A DNA stretch of 64,000 nt, from the NCBI GenBank assembly GCA_002269645.1, contig NIVC01000188.1:62001-126000 (forward strand), written 5' to 3'. The translations under genes were made by a program, and so were the position numbers. The first letter of the stretch is position 1, and every line of letters begins with the position of its first letter. The stretch is from Macrostomum lignano (lineage: Eukaryota). Of the stretch, positions 22,290 through 64,000 are shown one piece after another. Below the pieces are notes generated by a model. That model saw nothing but the letters and a program-made list of their open reading frames with translations. It had not been told where the DNA came from and did not search any database.

Positions 22290-23050
22290 AATTATCCGTT
22301 TTTTTTAAAGTTTTGCTGTCAACATGTATATCCGTTTTAAGCGGTTAAACAGTAAACAGTTTTTGCTATCTAAACAATCTCAAACAGTTTATTGCTATCA
22401 ATAACCGTCTTTATATAGTTTTGCTATCTATATCCGTTTTTAAATAGTTTTGCTATCAATAACCGTTTTTAAATAGTTTTGCTATCTATATCCATAGTTT
22501 TGCTATCAATAACCGTTTTTAAATAGTTTTGCTATCACTAACCGTTTTTAAATAGTTTTGCTATCTATATCCGTTTTTAAATAATTTTGCTATCAATAAC
22601 CGTTTTTAAATAGTTTTGCTATTTACTCGTAGCTATATCCGTTTTTAAATAGTTTTGCTATCTATATCCATAGTTTTGCTATCAATAACCGTTTTTAAAT
22701 AGTTTTGCTATCACTAACCGTTTTTAAATAGTTTTGCTATCTATATCCGTTTTTAAATAATTTTGCTATCAATAACCGTTTTTAAATAGTTTTGCTATTT
22801 ACTCGTAGCTATATCCGTTTTTAAATAGTTTTGCTGTCTGTATCCGTTTTTAAATAGTTTTGCTATTTACTCGTAGCTATATCCGTTTTTAAATTGTTTT
22901 GCTATCAGTAACCGTTTTTAAATAGTTTTGCTATTTACTCGTAGCTATATCCGTTTTTAAATTGTTTTGCTGTCTATATCCGTTTTTAAATAGTTTTTGC
23001 TATCAGATAACCAATTTTAAAATATCTTTTTCTATCCACGATCGTTTTAA
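22290..23050 (+). repeat. AT-rich ~29-bp tandem array inserted in the LINE
   Basis: Recurring ccgtttttaaatagttttgctatc with higher-order duplications. Confidence 0.9.
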
Positions 23051-23888
23051 ACAATTTAAAATATTTACTTTCTACTCTAGTGTGATCGATCTGGTTTTAA
23101 GACGTTTTATACGAAGCCCTGCCAAACTTTTTAGCTATTATATCAATAATCGTTTCTAAACAAACTTTATTTTGGCGTCTAAAATAGTTTTCTTGCAAAT
23201 TATAGCGATCTGGTTGTGAGAACTTGCGTGTACTAACATGGTTTATTATAGCCAGGTACAATAATTTGGCTCTGTTAGTTTTCACGCTTTATTAAAAATC
23301 TTAAGTTGGGATCTGTTTTTAAAATCAATTGATTAAAGCAAAATGCTTAGATTAAAAAGCATCAAAAAGGTCAAGATGCTCGCCACAATAAGACTGATGA
23401 CACAGGAGTCGAGTCCTGTATCTCTCCCTTAATGAGGACGCTGCATGCTTCGAAGCCTGAGAGACCATGCCTCATTGAGCCGTCTGTGTAACAGTGAATT
23501 ACATGTAGATGTAGGAGTCACTCCAGCTGTCACTTGCCTGTCGTGTCAGAGCTGATCATACATGTTGACCTTGGTACCTCCGGCTCGGAAAGGCGGCTGA
23601 TCGAGTCCGTGAGGGTGTTGAGTCCGCCACAACCCCACTCATTGAGAGTCTTGAGGCAGAGGTCAGAATGCGGGATAAGCGACCGCGTTTTTTAAAGACC
23701 CGCAATTTTTTGAAGGCCACCCCAGCATACATGTCAAAGAAGGCGCTTAAGCCGCTTGAATATAAAGATAAAAACCCAGAGGAGTGGCACTGAGGAAAGC
23801 ATTCATGCCTTTAAAGGGAGTAGAGCTAGGCTATAACCCCCTAGAGGACATTCTGTTTCTCAAACTTAGCAGATCTTGTCTCTGTGCC

Positions 23889-24194
23889 ATTCTTAGCAGA
23901 TCTTCTCAATCTACTCCGTTCTTGCGGGATCTTCTACGCTCGTAAGATGGGAGGTACATTTTTTGTTATTCATTTGGCTAAAGTGTTCTAGCTGAACTAT
24001 ATTTTATTTTATGACAAAACGGGACAAAAAATTTAAGAAAGTATGCGATTCGAAGCTATAAAAGATATAAAAGTTAAGATCTTGTACGATGTAGCAAGTC
24101 GCCCAGATCTGGTAAGTTTACCTAAGTATTATTATAGCAAAGATCTTGCACGTTCTTGCAAGTCCCAAGAAGATGGATAATATCTGCTAAGAAT
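23889..24194. mobile_element. MITE-like element with terminal inverted repeats, inserted in the LINE
   Basis: attcttagcagat (23889-23901) and atctgctaagaat (24182-24194) form a perfect 13-bp TIR, extendable to about 19 bp with 2 mismatches. AT-rich non-coding interior. Confidence 0.65.
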
Positions 24195-26589
24195 CAACAA
24201 GTCAATGTCTTCTAGAGCCCCTGGCTTACACGATCGGCTGGCGTAACTGATCGAGGGGCGGATAATGGCAGTGTACATATAGATCCACCACAGCTTCCTG
24301 TGGGTGAGCCCCAGGTGGTGCCCACGGCGCTCCTGACCTGAGCCAGGGCTTTTGTAGCTTTGGCTTGGATGTGTGGGTCCATGTTAAGCCTGTGGTCCAG
24401 AGTGAGGCCCAGCTGACAGCGGACCTGCTTCTCCATAGAAATGTCCTTTTCATAGAGGGTGAGGCCGCTTCATGGTCCAGAGCAGTTTTCTGGTAAACAT
24501 GAACATTGTTGTTTTCAACTCTGAGAGTCTGGGGCCACAATGGTTTACCCAACATAGCGCTCGTCCCAGGAAACCTGAAGATCTATGATGATACCGACCA
24601 AAGGGCCCGTACAGTCTACTGCATAGGCCACCTTGTAAATGACATGATGGGTCATGTAGATAACTACAAAGCAATTATCATCCATGACCATGTTCCAGAG
24701 AACAGGGGTAAGGACCCCTACTGTACCGAGGTCCCCTTTCTGGACAGGTGCCGCTTGCGAGCTGCCACAACAGTGCGCTTCCGAATCATGAAGATGATCG
24801 ACCGGACAGGTGAGGGGTGGATGGCCCTGGATTTCAGGGCTCCGCCAAAAGGCCTCGAAGATGACATCAAAGGCCCCCTCAATGTCCAGGAAAAGAGAGA
24901 GGGCATAGCCGCCGTCAGGAACGGCCCTGATCTCCAGGAAGACAACAATGACATGGAGGGCACTTTCAGTGGACCTGCCCGCGTGCGATGCGTGCTGGTT
25001 CTGTGAGAGTGGGAAGCGCTTCAGCTCGACCGAGAGTAGGCGCCAAAGCACCAGCCTTTCCAGGAGCTTAAGGCAGAAAGAGGTGAGGCTGATAGGCCTG
25101 AAGGCCTTCACCGATTGGTTGTCGCTTTTCCTAGGCTTGAGGATAAAGGCCACCCGGGCCTCTCTCTGGCACGGTACATAGCCCAGCTCCACACAAGCTC
25201 GGAGGAGACGACAGAGGAGGTCCAGGAAACGGTGGTTTTTCACCGCCTCGTGCAAGAACGCTGTGTAGATGCCGTCGGGCCCAGGCGCCTTCAACGGGTT
25301 TTAAAGGACCTTGCCGCTCTACTAGACTTGGTGTTGGTCAAGCGGGCCCTCAAAGCATCAGCTTTGAGTCTCTTTCGAGCTCTCCGTGACCGAGCCATCA
25401 GGTCTCTTCACTACAGAGAGCTAGAAAAACGGTCGTTCGTGAGTGCCTTTACTACGCGGGCTACGGGGCGAGAGCCCTCAAGCTCTTCGCAGTATTGGCG
25501 CCACTTGGTCGTCTTGGCTTCAATACATGTTCTGTCCTACCAAGCTATAATAGTTTTTAATAAATTCCTTTCTGTTATGAAAATGGTAATTTTTAATTCC
25601 TGTGCAACATTTAAGAGCAAACTAGAGTGCCACTGTTTTTAATTTTATTCAGTTATTCATTATTAGTGCTGCACATTAAATAGTGCAATTATGTTTAATA
25701 AGTTCATCAAGTACCCAAATATAATTAACATAAATTTTACGAATAAAAGCCATACAAAACGCAAGCCACTCTGTTAAGAAAAAATAAACAAATAACCGTG
25801 TTATGCAGACATAAATTGGCACCTTTTCAAATCAAGAAAAATAGTGTGGCTCGATCTTGAGGAGCAGAAAAAAATCGGAATTTAAATAAAACAAATAATT
25901 TGGTTGTAGCTTGTGCAGAAAAAGCATAGAAATAGAAATGAGATTCCAAATTTGTGTTCACCTTTGCTGGGTAAAAAATAGAAAAATGAAAAATTGGAAA
26001 AAAAGTCATTCTAGCATTTCACAGCGATATAGAAAAAATAATGGTTAAAACTGGCAAGGCCGCACAGGATTGTAGAAGTGAAATCTTCTATTGATAAGAA
26101 TTATGAATGAAGTCTACTTTTGGAACTACTTTGTGCGGTGCAATAATAAAATGAACTGTAAAAACACAGAAATTAACACAGTTTAATCTCCGACCTGCAG
26201 AATGCAGCAGAAATAAAGAAGTACTTCTTAGAATTATAAATAATTTCAATACACTACTGATGGGTAAAAGTGTCAAGTAGTGCTATAGGAACTCTGTTTA
26301 ATATAAAATGTAAATTTAACAGTAAAAAAGTATATATTTACACTAGCGATTGAAATTAATGTAAACAGCAGTGCAACTTGATTAAAATTATAACAAAAGC
26401 CAAGATAAATACTCCTAAATAACTAATTTTCCGCTTGCACAATTTCTCTGACAATGGGACAAGGAAGGTTTTCTAACATGCTAATCATTTTAACATGATT
26501 CTTCTGAGTTACGATACTAAAAAAGGCACTAAGTATTAGCCCTGTGGGAAATCAACGACTCTAGCATTAGGGAACCTGACCACTCTGCA

Positions 26590-26830
26590 TCAGAAATCCG
26601 ATCCTTGCAGGAAGAAATCTGCTCTTTCCGAATTAAGGAAATCCGCTCCCTCACATTAAGGAATCCGCCCCCTCACATTAAGGAATCCGCTCCTCACAAT
26701 CAAGAAATCCGCTCCCTTACAATCAAGAAATCCGCTCCCTCACAACCAGGAATCCGCTCCTTCACATTAAGGAATCCACTCCCTCACAATCAGGAATCCG
26801 CTCCCTCACAACCAGGAATCCGCTCCCTCG
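26590..26830 (+). repeat. 22-bp tandem repeat just past the stop of the C2 gene
   Basis: Unit aggaatccgctccctcacaatc, about 10 copies. Confidence 0.9.
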
Positions 26831-26841
26831 CAGTCCCCCTA

Positions 26842-59375
<32,534 letters not shown>

Positions 59376-59463
59376 CGCTCTTGGAATGAAATTAATTAAT
59401 GAATGAGCCTATTGGGCTTTGCAAACTTTGCAACCTGCTGCCGCAGTGAGGACGCGTCCGGCT

Positions 59464-59477
59464 GTTGCTATGGCAAC
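59464..59477. promoter_or_regulatory. RFX-binding X-box upstream of the SMP/C2 gene
   Basis: GTTGCTATGGCAAC fits the X-box consensus GTNRCC/YY-AT-RGNAAC. It is separated by 88 nt from the ATG at 59375 and lies in a GC-rich patch. Confidence 0.6.
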
Positions 59478-59699
59478 CACTGCAGACGGCGCTGAAATTT
59501 ATTAAGTATTTTAACTAAGCTTAGTAACGAATAATATATTAGTAAAGTGCAGTGGGGTTACTAAGAACTAGCTTAGGTCTTGGCGTTTGGTCGCGAAGAA
59601 GATTTACCTGCCAATGTGTGGCCCTCCTGTGTCTGTGCTCGTGTTTGTCTTAGCTGCACTCGATTCTCTACCCTTACCTCTGTCCCAGCTGCCCTTTCA

Positions 59700-60220
59700 G
59701 TTTTCTCCTCTCCCCTCTCCTCTCTCTTCTCCACCCTCTCCTATATCTTCTTTACCCTCTCCTCTCTCTCCTCTACTCTCTCCTCTCTCTTCTCCACCCT
59801 CTCCTCTCTCTTCTCCACCCTCTCCTCTATCATCTCTACCCTCTCCTCTCACTTCTCCCCCCTTCCTCTCTCTTCTCCACCCTCTCCTCTCTCTTCTCCA
59901 CCCTCTCCTCTCTCTTCTCCACCCTCTCCTCTCTCTTCTCCACCCTCTCCTCTCTCTTCTCCACCCTCTCCTCTATCATCTCTACCCTCTCCTCTCTCTC
60001 CTCTACCCTCTCCTCTCTCTCCTCTACTCTCTCCTCTCTCTTCTCCATCATCTCCTTTATCTCCTCTACCCTCTCCTCTCTCTTTTTTCCACCCTCTCCT
60101 CTCTCTTCTCCACTCTCTCCCCGTTCTCCTCTACCCTCTCCTCTCTCCCTTCTACCCTCTCGTCTCTCTTCTCCATAGTCTCCTCTATCTCCTCTACCTC
60201 TACCCTCTCCTCTCTCGCCC
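59700..60220 (+). repeat. CT-rich low-complexity/microsatellite tract
   Basis: ctctcctctctcttctccacc-type repeats. Confidence 0.9.
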
Positions 60221-61264
60221 CTGTAATGATACATCAATGCATTTGTGTACATGTATATAAACTGCATTCATTAGTTATGTATGAAATAGTACGAGTAAAT
60301 ATAGCCCAGTTGTAGCACACAAGTACTTAAAAACTCAATACTCTATAGGACTTATTCGAGCTACATGTACATGTAGTAGACAATTTTACGAGCGTAGCAC
60401 AGATAACACCTAAAAAACACATAATCTTATCTAATCCAAATACTGCTTAAAAATCTATAGAAGATCTTAGAGTGCAAAATGACTCAAAGTTACAGAGAAT
60501 TTACCGGCTTAGAGGACCAAAAGAAATGCCGAGAGCTCCGACAATAAGGCAAGAAACGTGCTACTCCGTACGAAAGCAGCTCTTTGCGCATTTTTATTCT
60601 ACTCTTCACCTACACATACGGCCCATAAACCTGTGCATTATAAATATAGAAGCGTTTTCTGTGGGTCAATCGACCAAAACACCCCCCAGCAGCCAAGTGA
60701 GCCAATCTGGTTTAGATCTGGTTCAGAGCACGCGTAGAAAAGAATTATACAAATTGTAAAGATAGCCGCAAACAGAACAGAAAAAGAACAATAAAAAAGC
60801 TGTCTCGAGGTCTGTTGTTAAGCACAGACGAACTAAACACATTAGGCACATTTTCATACCTACATGTAAAATTCGGCAAAGTAAATTTGATATTTTTATT
60901 ATTCTTATATAAGCTTTTAATTATATACCTACCTGTACTACTATCTAAAGTAGAAAGTAACGAAAATAAAACTATTAAGTATCGCGTAATCACTTGAGCA
61001 AATGTATATATTTAACCAAAAAATTACAATCAATGAGTAAAATTATTTGTAATAATTACAAGTAAACTCCAAGTAAGGAAGTAGAATTACTACGTTACAA
61101 CGAATTACAAAGTTCTGTGGTATCAAAAACTAAATTATCAAACAATACGACAAATAATTCATTTAGAATCAACATATTATGTTGTAATTTGGAATGAATC
61201 GGAAGCTCTGTCGTTGCTACATATATTTGCCTCGTCAAGGTTCTTCAGAAAATCTTTGCTGTTT

Positions 61265-62335
61265 TACCCTCCCTGAAACTTTTCAGAGAATCGTTGCTTT
61301 CCCCTCCCTGAGGTCCTCCACCAGAAATCGCTGCTTTCCCCTCCCTGATGTCCTTCACCAGAAATCGCTGCTTTCCCCTCCCTGAGGTCTTTCAAGGGGA
61401 ATCGTTGCTTTCCCCTCCCTGGGGTCTTTCAGGTGGAATCGTTGCTTTCCCCTCCCTGAGGTCTTTCAGGGGGAATCCTTGCTTTCCCTCCGTAAGGTCT
61501 TTCAGGGGGAATCGTTGCTTTCCCCTCCCTGAGGTCTTTCAGGGGGAATCGTTGCTTTCCCCTCCCTGAGGTCTTTCAGTGGGAATCGTTGCTTTCGTTG
61601 CTTCCCCCTCCCTGAGGTCTTTCAGGGGGAATCGTTGCTTTTCCCTCCCTGAGGTCTTTCAGGGGGAATCGTTGCTTTCCCCTCCCTGAGGTCCTTCACC
61701 AGAAATCGTTGCTTTCCCCTCCCTGAGGTCTTTCAAGGGGAATCGTTGCTTTCCCCTCCCTGGGGTCTTTCAGGTGGAATCGTTGCTTTCCCCTCCCTGA
61801 GGTCTTTCAGGGGGAATCCTTGCTTTCCCTCCGTAAGGTCTTTCAGGGGGAATCGTTGCTTTCCCCTCCCTGAGGTCTTTCAGGGGGAATCGTTGCTTTC
61901 CCCTCCCTGAGGTCTTTCAGTGGGAATCGTTGCTTTCGTTGCTTCCCCCTCCCTGAGGTCTTTCAGGGGGAATCGTTGCTTTTCCCTCCCTGAGGTCTTT
62001 CAGGGGGAATCGTTGCTTTCCCCTCCCTGAGGTCCTTCACCAGAAATCGTTGCTTTCCCCTCCCTGAGGTCCTTCACCAGAAATCGCTGCTTTCCCCTCT
62101 CTGAGGTCCTTCACCAGAAATCGCTGCTTTCCCCTCTCTGAGGTCCTTCACCAGAAATCGCTGCTTTCCCCTCCCTGAGGTTTTTCAGGGTGAATCGTTG
62201 TTTTCCCCTCGCTGAGGTCTTTCAGGGTGAATCGTTGTTTTCCCCTCGCTGAGGTCTTTCAAAGGGAATCGTTGCTATCCCTCCCAGAGGTCTCTCACGG
62301 GAAATCGTTGCTTTCCCCTCCCTGAGGTCCAAAAA
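61265..62335 (+). repeat. 37-bp minisatellite (~28 copies) with an internal hairpin, directly after the thiolase stop
   Basis: Unit gaatcgttgctttcccctccctgaggtctttcagggg. ccctga-ggtctt-tcaggg forms a stem-loop. Confidence 0.95.
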
Positions 62336-62391
62336 CAGGCAAAGCGTCAATCAAAGTGTTAACGAAGCGCAGATCTCCAACTCAAAGCTTC

Positions 62392-64000
62392 TCAAAGCTT
62401 GGCCCCCTGACCCCGCTCCAAAGCAGCGGAACCATACCGCCGATACAGCGTCACAGCGCAGCTGGACCCCAAGCCGAAATTGTGCTGCAGAGCCCACCTA
62501 TTCGAGTCGGTCTCATCCAGAGCTGGCACCTGTCTTCTACCAGCCAGGCCTCGATGCTGCCAGCTCATCTCGGCGCACTGAGCAACTCCGCTGGCGCCGA
62601 GCGGGTGTCCTTTCGACATCAGACCGCCGGACGGATTAACCACCTGCCTGCCAGTCAGGTACAGAGATCCGTCACCGTTTAAGCTGTCAATCCATCTACC
62701 GGAACTGAAGTACTGCTGGGCGAAGCCTTTGTCAGCCAGTCCAAGCGCTTCGTAGAGCATGAGCTCGTTACTAGCGAAACAGTCGTGCAGCTCAACCAGG
62801 GCCAGCTGCTCTTTGGGATTCAGCCGCTGTCTATGGTAGATCCTGCTCGACGCCACTCGAGCTTGAGTCAGTCCGCACAGGCTCGAGTATCCTCCACTAT
62901 TTGTGTCGGAGAATGTGTCGGAAAAGTCGCTGACTAGTTCTTGATCAACCAGCTCGGTGACTGGCAATCGTCTGTTGGACCACCACGACTCTGTTGCCAT
63001 GACAACTGCTGCGGCTCCGGTTGCCACCGGGGCGCAGAAGCTGACGCGAATTGGTGGCGAGAGCAGTGGAGCTTTGAGCAGGTCGTCGGCCGACTTGGGC
63101 GCTCTCGACAGCATCGCTCGGGGATTCTGGGAGCCGTGCAGGCGAGACTTGAATGCCACCGAGGCCAGCAGCTGCTCGGAGGTGAGGGCGGCCGACCCGC
63201 TGATGTCGCGGTATTCGGAAGCTGCGCCGGCGAACATTCGAATCTGTGAGATTTCCGTTTGAGTGGAGTGAGAGATTTCCGTGTGAGTGGGGTAAGAGAT
63301 TTCCGCGTGAGTAGGGTGTGAGGTTTCCGTCTGAGTAGAGTGAGAGATTTCCGCGTGAGTAGGGTGAGAGATGTCCATGAGAGTAGGGTGAGAGATTTCT
63401 ATGAGAGTAGGGTGAGAGATTTCCGTATGAGTAGGGTGAGCGATGTCCATGAGAGTAGGGTGAGAGATTTCCATGAGACTAGGGTGAGAGATTTCCGTGA
63501 AATTGGGGTGAGAGATTTCCGTATAAGTAGGGCGTGAGATTTCTTAATAATTTAACGTGAACTCCAACATACGCCATGAGATTCCCAGCACACAAGCCAT
63601 GACATTCCCAACACACAAGCCATGAGATTCCCAACACACAAGTCAGCATGAGATTCCCAACACACAAGCCATGAGATCCCCAACACACAAGCCATGAGAT
63701 TCCCAACACACAAGCCATGAGATTCCCAACACACAAGTCATCATGAGATTCCCAACACACAAGCCATGAGATTCCCAACACACAAGCCATGAGATTCCCA
63801 ACACACAAGCCATGAGATTCCCAACACACAAGCCATGAGATTCCCAACACGCAAGCCATGAGATTCCCAGCACACAGGCTATGAGATTCCCACAGAACTC
63901 TCACTACATCGCTAGTCCACTGCGACATTCCAGGCGAGCAGGGCTCTCTGTTTCCGCCCAGCGCTCCAATCCGATCGCAGTGCCGTCCCACTGGGTCGGG
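62392..64000 (-). CDS. SCP2: SCPx-type (SCP2-thiolase) peroxisomal 3-ketoacyl-CoA thiolase, 3' exons (>64000-63905, 63243-62392); 5' end outside the window
   Basis: LVELHDCFASNELMLYEALGL, VNPSGGLMSKGHPLGASGVAQCAE and ALQHNFGLG are diagnostic of the SCP2-thiolase type. The C-terminus AKL* is a PTS1. Exons join in phase 0 (gta|gtgaga ... cacag|att). Confidence 0.9.
63245..63895 (+). repeat. Two adjacent minisatellites in the thiolase intron (24-bp at 63245-63545; 23-bp at 63570-63895)
   Basis: Units agggtgagagatttccatgagagt and cacaagccatgagattcccaaca. Confidence 0.93.

Larger units (their letters stand above)
21520..25530 (-). mobile_element. Degenerate non-LTR retrotransposon (RT + RNase H; I/R1/LOA group), split by later insertions
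   Basis: AKTTKWRQYCEEL; KAPGPDGI...FRPISLTSFCLKLLERLV...AGRSTESAL...FLDIEGAFD (24900-25300); LGLTLDHRL..HI thumb (24215-24440); RNase H start HCYTDGS (about 23490); HMYWV and 3' end with a caaccaacaa tail (21520-22240). All are collinear on the minus strand. Confidence 0.85.

Overview
Eukaryotic (animal) genomic DNA with GT-AG introns, GC-rich exons and introns inflated by minisatellites. The style suggests a free-living flatworm such as Macrostomum, but that is inference and unverified. Genes: (1) the last two exons of a coiled-coil protein (+, 6030-8114); (2) a small intronless single-pass membrane protein with a KCNE-like layout (+, 10390-10869); (3) an intronless 2446-aa very large inducible GTPase (GVIN1/VLIG family; +, 12974-20314) whose N-terminus carries a MACPF-like motif; (4) a 27-exon, about 1683-aa extended-synaptotagmin/tricalbin-like protein (hairpin TM + SMP + seven C2 domains; -, 26842-59375), reconstructed by hand with consistent phases and carrying an RFX X-box about 90 bp upstream of its ATG; (5) the 3' part of an SCPx-type peroxisomal thiolase ending in AKL (-, 62392->64000). 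The rest is transposon debris (CpG-stripped MULE fragments, a Crypton-like tyrosine recombinase fragment beside a palindrome array, Helitron relics, a fragmented RNase H-bearing LINE with a nested MITE, a CORE-SINE) and about 28 different tandem arrays. Most long ORFs in the supplied track between 26.8 and 64 kb are repeat artefacts. Best leads: the MACPF-like GTPase, splice-site-anchored arrays with strand polarity, the X-box, a dispersed TACGAGCGTA motif, and the recombinase fragment plus palindromes. All counts and coordinates were derived by eye.
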